The notes under the pieces are model-generated. The model was given only the letters and a program-made list of their open reading frames with translations, ran no database searches and was not told the origin of the DNA. The position numbers and the translations under genes were made by a program. A DNA stretch of 63,530 nt, filler included, from Reticulomyxa filosa (taxonomy: Eukaryota; Protista; Foraminifera): NCBI GenBank assembly GCA_000512085.1. It is 26 parts of 26 records of this genome, joined end to end, with 100 filler letters (N's around TTAATTAATTAA, not from the genome) between each part and the next. Parts side by side here need not be neighbours in the genome. Positions count along the whole stretch, not along the records: positions 21,894 to 26,829 come from ASPP01039103.1; positions 26,930 to 29,245 come from ASPP01006408.1; positions 29,346 to 30,464 come from ASPP01021928.1; positions 30,565 to 31,564 come from ASPP01039645.1; positions 31,665 to 32,838 come from ASPP01028161.1; positions 32,939 to 34,318 come from ASPP01024017.1; positions 34,419 to 35,420 come from ASPP01036587.1; positions 35,521 to 39,581 come from ASPP01028069.1; 18 more parts are not named here. One strand, written 5' to 3'. Numbering within the stretch: the first letter of the stretch is position 1; each line of letters starts with the position of its first letter. This document shows, piece by piece, positions 25,953 to 37,019 of this stretch.

Positions 25953-26100
25953 CAGTAGAATGCAAAGTAAAGTTGACACATAAAACGGCACCTTATAGAA
26001 ATGATTGATTTTCTTCATGAAAAAACAACATTCAGACCTAATTTTTTTTTTTAAATATCTACAAATCGTGTACTTTTTAAATATAATTTTGGTTTTTTAA
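25953..26100 (+). mobile_element. Tc1/mariner-type element end
   Basis: Copy of 21592-21737, inserted at the TA within the last WD40 codons. Confidence 0.75.
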
Positions 26101-26587
26101 GAAACGTGTTGACAGAGTTGTTGTGCAGCTTGATGGAATTGAGGATAAGTGATAAAATTTCGTGAGGGACAAGATTGATATGCTCGTTGTGGTATTGTTG
26201 GAATATCATATTTGACTTGGCTATATATGCTTGCAATTCCTTTAGTGTTCGCTTATTGTCTTTACTTTTTTTTATTAGACTTTTCATGTACACTTTCGTC
26301 TTTCCTTCTTTTTCTGCATCTCTCTTCGATATCAAGATAGTGTGTCATCTGCACTCATTTTAAGCAAAAAAAATTTAAATATCTAACGTTCCTTTTATTG
26401 GCAAAATAATTTTTTATTTTAAAAAAAAGAAAAGTATTTTGTCCTTTTGTGATGAACTGTATTATTATTATTTATTTGACTCTCTTCAAAAATAAAAAAA
26501 AATTAGCTTAAAAAAAACCACTAACTCCAGTTTTATTTGGAGAAAAGAAATTTCTTCAACAATCATTCTTCAAAATCATTAATAAAT

Positions 26588-26829
26588 TTAACCACTGCGA
26601 TTTACAAGACCAAGTTGTTTACCTACTTTACGCAAAAAGCTATCATTATCTCTTTCCTTATGCCATTGTTCATTGCACGATGTACGACCACAAGAATTGC
26701 CTGGTGCGGATACAACATTTTGACGGTTACAGTATTTACATCCATAAGGAAACTTTGGTTGTTCAACTTCGTACTTCAACGAAATCTTTGAATGGTTAAT
26801 TGTATAGCTATCCTTTTTGACTGACATGG
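26588..26829 (-). CDS. Small Cys-containing hypothetical protein or terminal exon
   Basis: Open frame to the contig end with CKYC...CGRTSC. No family recognised. Confidence 0.35.
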
Positions 26830-27065
26830 NNNNNNNNNNNNNNNNNNNNNNNNNNNNNNNNNNNNNNNNNNNNTTAATTAATTAANNNNNNNNNNNNNNN
26901 NNNNNNNNNNNNNNNNNNNNNNNNNNNNNTAGTGAATCTACTCGCTCGGGTTCTGTGTGTGCCCCCCCCCCCAAAATAAAAATTTTGAGTCGTCGCGTGT
27001 CTGTACGCTATCTTATCAAACAAGCCAATTCAAAAAAAGATACAACTTTTTTTTTTTTTTTAATA

Positions 27066-27580
27066 CCTTTGGGAGGTGGTAGATTGTTTTCTGCCTGAAA
27101 GAGTCGCTTGCTTTGTAAAGCGAGGGCTGCTAATTTAATAAATAACGAAGTTTCTGAAGAGAGCTTGTTGTAAAAACTGTCGGAAGATGGAGACCAAGCA
27201 GTGGGTGGATGATTATTCACTCGGTTTTTCAAATACTGTCTGTGCTCACCAAACTGACTGCCAAACGGAAATCCTGACGCGAACCAAACAGCAGCCTTTG
27301 ACATTTTTTTTTTTTTTTTAAATTGTATACTCATTCGTTTGTTTTGTTTGTAACCCAATGCAGTTTTTTGTGTATAAAGACCACTTTTTTTGGAATTTTC
27401 TTTGCTTACCTCAAATATGCACAGCAAAGCCAAAAATAAGGATAAGCGATGATAGACTTTTTCTAAGTTGGTGTGTTTGACTTTACGACAAACTCGGGTG
27501 AAACGCGAAGAACGAACTTTGGTGCAAACAACTTCCGGGCGAGGTTTAGAAAGAGGAAACAAGTAAGACAAGAAACCCAT
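27066..27580 (-). CDS. Hypothetical protein, first two exons
   Basis: ATG at 27580, a likely intron (GTAAG near 27408 to the poly-A tract near 27305) and raised GC in the exons. No family recognised. Confidence 0.45.
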
Positions 27581-28822
27581 CGAAGGGCTAAGAATAACGA
27601 TTGCAAAGAAAAAATTAAAAAAGCATTACAGATGCCGCAAAAAAATTCACTTGGTTAATCTTTTATTTTGTGTCCCCCCCTCTTCCCCTTCTTAGTCTCG
27701 TAAAGAACCACATGTATTAAAATTCTACAGGTGTTCAAATAATTTACTTTGAAATGATTCAATCTATTGATAGCGAGTGAACATGATAATATTTAAGACA
27801 AAATGATTTCATACCGAAATTCAGATCGGCTTACATAGGCACTTATAAAAAAAAATACTATATCAACGATGTTAAAGTGACAAAAGTGGCAGTGTTCTGG
27901 AATATCCAACAATTGTGAGTCTAGTTAGTTGAATTCTTGAAATTTAAAGATTTTCTGAAATATCAGTATTTAAAACAATATCGTGTACTTTAGCAAATTT
28001 CAAACGTTCCCGACCAAGAAAGAATAATTTAAAGATAAAAAATATATAATTGTATTTAAATAAGAATCAATGACAGTATCGATATTAAGTCTACAGTATA
28101 ATAAAAATCGAAAGATTCAAACAAATGCAATTAGTCAAAATACTAATTGAAAATGCCGAAGATGTTACCAAATATTAAATGGCACATAAGTATGTATTGT
28201 ATACAGGCACCAGCTAGAAATATATTATAACAATAGACGACTCACAAGACTACATTTCCGGCAATGTAAAAGATATTTTAGATCGCAAATGAGCACATCT
28301 GGTGATTCAATAATGTGTCAAAAAATACAGCAAGTACTTGAAAAAATATAAATCAAATGTACAAAACTTGAACAAACAATAATTGAAAAATAAACAAAAA
28401 ATTGAAAACAAGAAAAAAAGAGCTATTATAAAAAATTTTTATAAAAAATAAATATAGTGAAATAGTCACTTGATAAATGAAGGTGCAGACTAAAAAGACA
28501 ACATCATCCAAAACAATTTTTGAGAAATTTAATCGAAGCACAATCGTTTGAAAAGATCGTACTCAATCTACTACAAGCACATAAACGAAAGACTAACAAC
28601 AGTAAAAGTATGATTGAATTAGTACACAAGAAAGATTATGTGGACATTTTTTGATGAAAGGTCAATAATATATTCAATCAGGAAAATTTGGCATTCAGAC
28701 ATCAAAAAAACTTTCATTTTGTGACTTCATTTCAGCTGTTTTTTCAAAAAAAAAACTAGACAAAAGGGAAAAAAACTTTGAACTTATTCTTTAATCTTTC
28801 GCCATTAACTAACTTTCTAAAA

Positions 28823-29245
28823 ATGTCACGTTCACGAAAGACAAAACGAAGTTTGCCTGGTCTCTCGCTTCCAGATTATACAACTTACACTTACGAAGTA
28901 AAAGAAAAACTCTTAGCAAAAGCGCGTGGGGTATGGTACGAAGCAGTAGTGTTGGACAGAAAAGCAATAATAAAAAAACAAATTGAATGGCCTGTTGCAT
29001 TTTCTTGTGATATGCATGATTTGAGTCAATTTAATGTAGAAAAAGAGAAGGAAGAAAAAAAAGAAAAAGAAAAAATAAAAGAAAAAGAAACAATTGAAGA
29101 GACTTATTTAGTGCATTATTGTAATTGGGCAAAGCGTTATGATGAATGGTTATCAAAAGAAAATTTGGATAAATTTAATAAAAATAAAATAGGAACAATA
29201 GATAATAATGAAGAAAAAAATATAAAAGAAAAAATAAAAGAAGAA
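28823..29245 (+). CDS. Tudor-knot/chromo-barrel domain protein (MRG15/Esa1-type N-terminus), 3' truncated
   Basis: YEVKEKLLAKARGVWYEAVVL...YLVHYCNWAKRYDEWL matches the chromo-barrel Y.VHY.GW..RYDEW motif. Confidence 0.88.
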
Positions 29246-29581
29246 NNNNNNNNNNNNNNNNNNNNNNNNNNNNNNNNNNNNNNNNNNNNTTAATTAATTA
29301 ANNNNNNNNNNNNNNNNNNNNNNNNNNNNNNNNNNNNNNNNNNNNAGGTGAAGTCATGATGATTTGCCCGTTCGTGCGGCCCGCGCGGCCTCGCCCCGGA
29401 CCCGGTATGGGCGAGGCGATCGGCGAGCCGGGCGGTTTGTAACCAAGCCGCCGCAGAGGGTCAAGGCGCGCAAGGCAGCCATTTTCTAAGCTATTTCAAT
29501 AACTTATTTGCTTTGCCAACAGCGGCCGAGACGATTAGTTTCCGCCCCTTAGCCCTCGGGCGAACCAGTGGGACCCAAGCG

Positions 29582-30040
29582 ATGCTGCGCGGAAAACTGA
29601 CCGAAGCGATGAAAGACGCCATGCGCGCCAAGGATCAGGCGGCACTCGGCACGATTCGTCTCATCCTCGCCAAGCTCAAGGACGTCGATATCGCCGCCCG
29701 CACCGAGGCCAGCCGCGAGGGTGTGGCCGACGACAAGATCCTGTCGATGATGCAGGGCATGATCAAGCAGCGGAACGAATCGATCGCGCTCTATGAGAAG
29801 GGCGGCCGCGCCGACCTGGCCGAAAAGGAAAAGGCCGAGATCGCCGTGATCGAGCGGTTCCTGCCGCAGCAGATGGACGAGGCCGCCGTCGAGGCCGCCG
29901 TGCGCGAGGCCATTGCCGCCACCGGCGCCACCTCGATCAAGGACATGGGCGGTGTCATGGCCGCCCTGAAGGGCACGTATGCCGGCCAGATGGACTTCGC
30001 CAAGGCTTCCGCCGCCGTGAAAAAAGCCTTGAGCGCCTGA
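29582..30040 (+). CDS. yqeY: GatB/YqeY domain protein (bacterial)
   Basis: MLRGKLTEAMKDAMRAKD...KQRNESIALYEKGGRADLAEKEKAEIAVIERFLPQQM...IKDMGGVM. GC-rich bacterial codon usage and no introns. Confidence 0.96.
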   Translation: MLRGKLTEAMKDAMRAKDQAALGTIRLILAKLKDVDIAARTEASREGVADDKILSMMQGMIKQRNESIALYEKGGRADLAEKEKAEIAVIERFLPQQMDEAAVEAAVREAIAATGATSIKDMGGVMAALKGTYAGQMDFAKASAAVKKALSA

Positions 30041-30093
30041 TCTTCCCCGCTATCCCCTATGGCGTGGCCTCCGCGCGGGGGCCATCTTAAGGG

Positions 30094-30464
30094 ATGGCCT
30101 TCCCTCCGGGATTCCTCGATGAACTGCGCGCGCGCCTCAGCCTATCCGACATCGTCGGCCGGAAGGTGTCGCTGAAGCGCCGTTCGGGTGCCGAGTACGC
30201 AGGCCTCTGCCCTTTCCACAACGAGAAGACACCGTCCTTCACGGTCAACGACAAGAAGGGCTTCTTCTATTGTTTCGGCTGCCATGAAAAAGGCAGCGCC
30301 ATCGACTTCGTCATGAAGACGGAGGGGCTCTCCTTCCCTGAAACGGTGGAGAAGCTCGCCCGCGAAGTGAACCTGCCGGTTCCCGTCGCCACGCCGGCCG
30401 AGCGCGAACGCGCCGACCGGGCTTCGACCCTTCAGCAGGTCGTGGAAATGGCGGCTCAGTGGTT
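30094..30464 (+). CDS. dnaG: DNA primase, N-terminal CHC2 zinc finger (bacterial), 3' truncated
   Basis: GLCPFHNEKTPSF...FYCFGC..KG..IDFVM..EGLSF.E.VE.LA. It follows yqeY as in alphaproteobacteria, with a Shine-Dalgarno-like AAGGG before the ATG. Confidence 0.97.
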
Positions 30465-30564
30465 NNNNNNNNNNNNNNNNNNNNNNNNNNNNNNNNNNNN
30501 NNNNNNNNTTAATTAATTAANNNNNNNNNNNNNNNNNNNNNNNNNNNNNNNNNNNNNNNNNNNN

Positions 30565-31495
30565 TGATTCCAAATTCATTGGATAAAATGGCGACACGCT
30601 AATCCAAAAAGGGAACAAGCAATGTCCCAATTCTGGAACGTATCGGAATGTTCTTGGAACCCCAAAAGAGCGATAGAGAGCGCCAAAGTGATGCATAACC
30701 TCCATTTCCCATTCCTGCAAGCGTTGCAGCAAGATGCTTTCACGAAAGTGTCGCAGCCAATTAGCAGTTTCATTCCAAAAGTGTGGTTTGGTGATTTTCA
30801 CAACAATTGGGATCGAGTCAATATCTTTATAAGCTTTAATGGACGACAAAAGAGGGGGAGAATAAGTTTTTGTCCGATTTTTTGAAAGTGAGCTGACTTG
30901 TTCAGGTTGTTGTTGTTGTTGTTGTTGCGCAGTATTTGACGGGCGAAAAGCCAAATGAGGGTATATCATGTTTTCGAAATAATGCAAATCCGTATCACGA
31001 AAGATCCAATCCTTGGGTATATCATATCTAAAGACATAGCGATAAAAGCCATGTCCAATCAGATAAGAGCACCTTTCCCCCATTTCTTCGACACAGTCAA
31101 GAAGAGGGAGTATGATTTTAGGCAGTATCTGTGTATAGCATTGCAAAGTGTATCTATGCTTTTTCAAAAGCATTCTCCATTGGGGATATACAGTACACTG
31201 CTTCTTCACCGCACAAGTGTCAGTCACTCGCCAAAATTGTTCGGCGTTGATCCAGTCTTTTGACTTGTAGCGCAATTGCGATTTGTTGATATTGCGATAG
31301 TATACGTCACTCGTCTGTCCATTCACGTCGGTGACATGCACACGCTTCGGAGGGATTTCTTCATTTTTCCCTTCTGCATGGTCCTCTTTTTTCTCTTCTT
31401 TGGAGTCGCGCTTGTCAAGCAATGCAAACACCCTCCACATGCGCGCATAGTCTAGTTTATTATTTAGTGCCTCTCTAAACAATGGGATCGTCTGT
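30565..31495 (-). CDS. Atypical protein kinase N-lobe, PKDCC/VLK-like
   Basis: Gly-loop IGHGFYRYVF, beta3 IVVK, alphaC RHFRESILLQRL, then LGHC. Long uninterrupted exon cut by the gap before the catalytic loop. Confidence 0.6.
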
Positions 31496-32984
31496 GCATT
31501 GTCATTTCAAAAATCATTTCAAAAAAAAAAAAAAAAAAAAAAAAAGTTGTAAATAGCCTGTATTNNNNNNNNNNNNNNNNNNNNNNNNNNNNNNNNNNNN
31601 NNNNNNNNTTAATTAATTAANNNNNNNNNNNNNNNNNNNNNNNNNNNNNNNNNNNNNNNNNNNNTGGGGGAAAATAGATATGTCAAATCATCACATAATC
31701 AAGGAAAATAAGGTGCAAGATTTTATACAAGATAAAGTGAATCATAAAATTGAAGATGTCTCCTATGAAACATATGAAGTAAGCAAATTTTTGAGGCCTG
31801 TGGAAATGACTTTTTCCCAAGTTTTGCTCAAAATTTTTTTGAATAAACAAAATAGTTACAAACCGACCTCTACAAATAAAAGTAGCTAGAACGGACGAAA
31901 ATAGAAATGGTGTCTAGCAGTTGTGCAGGTATTAGATGTGATTTTTTTATTTTTTTTTTTGTTCCGTTCTTTTCACATAAGGAGTTTCGAATCAGACACA
32001 ACAATACCCGAGAGTAACTTCCAACCTCAATGTTTTTGCTAAACAATAGGACTTATCGATGATAACACGCTGCCTCCAGTTGAAACGATGCATGTTCGAG
32101 TGCTTTGTATTTGTTCAAATATGCGTGGATATGTGTTTTTGTTTGGGTGAGAGAAGTGTAATACGGCGTGATTTGTTGTTGTGCACCCAATCAAATTTTT
32201 TAAAAAAGAGGATTGTTATGATGTCCCAACGGAAAAAATCCAAAACTATCGATGTATCGTCGTGGCAGCACTGGATTGATTGGAAATTTGGTGTATTTGT
32301 ATTTTGCCACGATTAACGAGTCAATGCGAATTTCCAAAGGTAGTGGAAATGAACACGAAAATGAAAATATCGAATTAATGTTCATACTAGTGAAAGACTC
32401 TTGTCGCTTTGTTATGAACGATCAGTTGGATTTCCCTGCGGAACTGAAGTTTGCAGTTTTCTAGTTTTATCAAACCTGTCCTGACTTGTGCAAAGATATG
32501 GATTGTTCTTTGTAAAATTCCTTTCTCGTTCTCTTTTACTTTGTTTTTAATTATTGTTGTATTCAATCAATTTTGTAAAGGTAATTTTCAAGGACATAAA
32601 AAATAGGAAAAAGAGTTCACCTAATATTTTTCTTTTCAAGTTCTTTGGCCACAGCATAAATCACATTGCAAACTCCACAAATAGTTGGTGTACTTTCTAT
32701 TTTAGTTGTAATCGGGGCGTTGGTTTATTTTGTTTACAATACATCAAAATAGAAAAGAAAGTAACTTTTTAGACGGTTAGGCTTAATTACGATTTCTAGT
32801 TTTATGTGTAATATATCAATTTTTTATGTAAACTTCAANNNNNNNNNNNNNNNNNNNNNNNNNNNNNNNNNNNNNNNNNNNNTTAATTAATTAANNNNNN
32901 NNNNNNNNNNNNNNNNNNNNNNNNNNNNNNNNNNNNNNAAAAATTAAAAAAAAAAAAAAAAAAAAAAAAGAAGGGGAAAAGAAC

Positions 32985-34283
32985 TACGGGGGATCTGTCT
33001 CGTCCCAGGACAAGGGAATTGAGATCTGGCAAATTGGGATCGACTGTGTCTGTGGGTGGTGAAAGAGGTGATTTGTTTGAATTGGCATTGTCGATGATAA
33101 GGCCTATGTTTGTATGTTTCCGTCCGGTGACATGCAATCAAATGTTTCATTTCGAAAGAGAGAGAGAGACACAGAGCACAATAATATGCACACATGTTTG
33201 CATACCTGCGTTGGTGCTATCACCGGCATTGGATTGGTGATTGGAGGCGGCGTCATCTCCATGTGAGGAGACAGACAATGCGTCTGCTTCTTTGTTGTTG
33301 TCCTGTTTGGGGTTTAATGTCGCCAAGTCTCTCAATGTTATATTGCTTCCAGTTCGAGCACGGGAAGCTCCTGCTTCTTTGTGATCTGATCCTGAGGCAA
33401 TGTCTTCATCCTTTTTTGTTTGCACACATACACACACACACACACACACATGTATATATGTATATGTAGAAAATGATGGTTCATTCAAGGGATAGTCCAT
33501 ATACACAAATACACTACACAAAATCGTTGTAACTTCGTTTACAGTGAATTGATAGCGAACATTGGAGGATACATAATCAACTCCCAATTTATCAAAATCT
33601 TCTTGTTCATCCAAATTGCCACCAATGTTTAGATTAGGAGCTTTTAAATACCTATTATATGGAAAGAGTGAAAAAAAAGTAACTCAAAGTCATAACGTGA
33701 TTAACAAGTCCTTCCCCCCCCACTCCCACTCCCACTCCCTCTCCTCTTCCTTTGGTTCTTCAATGATTCAAATGGAAAAGAAAAATAAGGGAATATAGTT
33801 GTTTTCGTTTGTTGCATAAATCTTACTTGGCCATGAGCTCCATGAAGCGAGCCAACAATCGCAGAGCGCCTTGGACGACGCGGTCTTCTTTCAACCCATA
33901 ATGATTGGACGTGAAATACTCCCCTTCGGTCAACTTGGCGATGGTGGCCACCAGATGTTGGCAAACAGGCCAGTTGATGACATCGTTGTCGTAATTGTAA
34001 AAGATGTCGATAAGTGCAGACTTATTGATGAACATTTGGGTCAGTCCATCCAGCAAATCCACTTTTTGCGGCGGGGTGCAAAACGAGCTGCACAACAAGC
34101 CCACCATGCCTGTGTCGAGTAATACTCCGATTTCAAACTTCAACAAATTCCGATACGAATGCCACAAGATCTCATGCAATTGGAACATCGTTTTAAACAC
34201 TGCCGGCACGTGTGTTATCCCACTGTGCAAAAACGACGTAAAGATTATTCGTCGCAGTATCACCAAGGCAGTTGCATCTTTCT
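32985..34283 (-). CDS. Large ARF-GEF/Mon2 family protein, Sec7_N (HUS) region, multi-exon fragment
   Basis: YRNLLKFEIGVLL...QKVDLLDGL...LIDIFYNYDND...VCQHLVATIAKL corresponds to the LK.EI..F, QK and NYDCD pattern of BIG/GBF/Sec7. Confidence 0.78.
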
Positions 34284-34418
34284 AATCGATACAAAAAAAA
34301 AAAAAAAAAAAAAAAAAANNNNNNNNNNNNNNNNNNNNNNNNNNNNNNNNNNNNNNNNNNNNTTAATTAATTAANNNNNNNNNNNNNNNNNNNNNNNNNN
34401 NNNNNNNNNNNNNNNNNN

Positions 34419-34769
34419 CTCCTCCTTTTTCTCTGTGCTCTCCTTGTCTTCCAATCCTGATAACAACGGCGTCGACAGCGAAAATATATGGTCGCCATGG
34501 CCATGCAACAATGGGTAGGGATGCTGGCTTGTCGTAGCGGTTGTCGCGTGATGCTCTCTCATTACTTCTGCTTCTTCTAATGTTGTCGCGCTTTTCTTTA
34601 TCCGCTCGTTTCCCACTTCATTCACTTTTTCTTCTTTCTCCTCCTGCTTGTCTTCTGTTGTTTCGTTCGTTGTTACGCTTTTATCTTCCGATTGCTGAAG
34701 GCTCGTTGGTGGAATTTCAGTCGTTTGATTTCCTGAAGAGCCCCAATAACCCCATCCTCCTGTCCACAT
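34419..34769 (-). CDS. Hypothetical protein N-terminus (charged, Thr-rich), 3' truncated
   Basis: ATG (MWTGGWGYWGSS...) follows an AT-rich leader, and the frame is open to the gap with coding-like GC. Confidence 0.55.
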
Positions 34770-35659
34770 TTTTAATATTACTTGGGTTAGATTATTAAAA
34801 AAAAAAAAAAGAATTATTATTATTATTTTTCTTTTAAATTCCCCCAACTTCTTGCGCTCAGTCCTAAAATCGAACACTTTGATCTTCCAAACTATTAATA
34901 AAAAACACCATTTAAATCAAAGGTGCAAAAAGATATTATAAAAACGGCCATATATCAACTTCATAAGACATCTTTCAACAATACCAGATAAAAAAAGTAA
35001 AATTTAGAAAATATTACATTATGTTGAACGTGAGATACTCCTATCAATACATGCGCAAATCTGACTCACTTCAAAATTAATTCTTTTTCAAGAATTTGAA
35101 ATAATTAAATAGTATTTTCCATCATTAAAAAGATATTTGCACACTAAAGAATACAATAACTGCAAAAATATCTGAAAAATATTAAAATCAAGTGCCAATT
35201 TTTCTTTTAAATGTTTTAAGTCAGATATTTCTTTGTCTTAGAATTAATATTATTCACCGAGTTATTTATAATATTAATTGTTTCAAAATCACAATGTCTG
35301 CTTACCTTTTAATAATCTATTTATATTTAAAAAAACTTTTAAAATTTATAAAATACCATTTTGATGCTTCAATACTTTTAAATTTCATATGGTAATTGAT
35401 TTTTCTAAAATTGGTTCTAANNNNNNNNNNNNNNNNNNNNNNNNNNNNNNNNNNNNNNNNNNNNTTAATTAATTAANNNNNNNNNNNNNNNNNNNNNNNN
35501 NNNNNNNNNNNNNNNNNNNNCTTGTATCATTCGTAGTCTTTGAAAAAAATCATATTCTTTTATTTCAGTTATTCCCTTTGTATGCTAAATGATTAAAATT
35601 TTAATATTGAAATTAGTTTTTAGTAAAAATTCAAAGTATCACAACAAAAAAAAGGACGC

Positions 35660-35702
35660 CAAGATATCGTTTTAGGCGTTCAGTTTTTTTTGCAACTTAC
35701 TG
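35660..35702 (-). mobile_element. Tc1/mariner-type element end, same family
   Basis: The reverse strand reads TA|CAGTAAGTTGCAAAAAAAACTGAACGCCTAAAACG. Confidence 0.6.
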
Positions 35703-36149
35703 TATTTGTTACATATCATACCTCATGCATTAGTGACTTTATATCAAAAAAAACTTTCTTTGCCCGAAAGTCGCTTTTGTGTTTGTTTTCTGAAATTTTG
35801 TGTTAAAATGCGATTTAAAACTATTAAAAGAACAAAAAGGTATTTTTCAATCAGTAAAGGAAATATTCTTATAAAATGTTTAACATAAAAACAAAAAACT
35901 TTAATAAAATTTGTCAAAAGCGAGATAAAGCGAAATAATGATACATACTAATTATCCTTTCATTATTTTGTCATTACTCCATTCATATTTGCAATAACTT
36001 CATAACCTGATCGCGAAAAAGGAACTTGAAAAGTTTTTTGCTCTTCTAAATAATTAATCATCAGATGTCAGCAATTCCGAAAACATTAGTAAGATTCATT
36101 TAAAAAATCCACAAATTAAGATAATATCTTACTTTTGTTCATATACAAC

Positions 36150-36923
36150 AGGTAATTTGGGAATGGGAAGACAAAAGACATAATTAGCATCATTATGACT
36201 CAAAAATATGTCAAGAAATTGAGAAATTAGTATTCATAAGACAGTTAATAAATGAATTTTGATATTTTTTTTTCTATATGTAAAAAATATAAAACAGATT
36301 GATATGTTGTTTATAGACTGATCATAAATTATTCTCGCAGATATATGTATTACACGTAATTCATTCAATACAGGAACGCAAGTAAATACAAAAACTGGTG
36401 CTATACATAAATTAAGACAAGTATAAAAAAAAATTTAAAATTTATTTATAATTTTTATTTAAATTTTATTGTAAAAACTTGCTAAAAAAAAACAACAGAT
36501 AAAAACGATATGAAATGTCAATTCTTAGTAAAAAGATCTGTGGCAAGATTTTCCTGAAGCTTCAGCCAAAGATATTGACGAACTGAAGAATAACGAATTT
36601 ATGAAATACTATGCTCATGGAAAATATTATAAAATAACAAAAGTAACCGCAAATGAAACATATCAAGAAAATATAAAAACGCGCAAAAGAAGACCAATTC
36701 GAAAAATTATCGAAAAATCGTCAAATAAAGATACTTCAAAAAATAAAAAGAATGAAAATTTGTACAATATTGATTTGTGTGTCGTATGTATTGACAAACA
36801 ACGCACACATATTGTATGTCCTTGCTTCCATTTTTGTATTTGTCAAGCTGTTGTCAAGGCCTCTACAAGTGTCCAGTTTGTCGAACTACAATCCAAAATA
36901 CAAATAAGGTTTTTCTTTCCTAA
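36150..36923 (+). pseudogene. Tandem WWE domains plus C-terminal RING-HC E3 ligase, disrupted
   Basis: WWE1 WEWEDK..*HHYDSKICQEIE...QVNTKTGAIHKLR. WWE2 WQDFPEASAKDIDE...YKITK...QENIKTRKRRPIRK. RING CVVCIDKQRTHIVCPCFHFCICQ, frameshift, then SC..LYKCPVCR. Stops and frameshifts present. Confidence 0.8.
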
Positions 36924-37019
36924 AAATATTTTTTTTAATTTGAAACAAATTTAACAATTTTTGCGTCAACAAGACGAAATAATAACGCGTAGTAACTCTT
37001 GCAGCATTCGAACCGTTTC

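Noticed and set aside
27726-28110. TA|CAGGTGTTC and TA|CAGTATAAT as further transposon ends
   Set aside because: Similarity to the TIR family does not extend beyond about 10 bp.
29346-30464. Horizontal transfer of yqeY-dnaG into the eukaryote
   Set aside because: There is no physical junction with host DNA, no amelioration and no introns, and the genes are core bacterial genes in native order.
32610-32730. Saposin-like motif (TICGVCNVIYAVAKELEKK, minus strand)
   Set aside because: Only one CxxC helix is visible and the downstream frames are broken, which is insufficient support.
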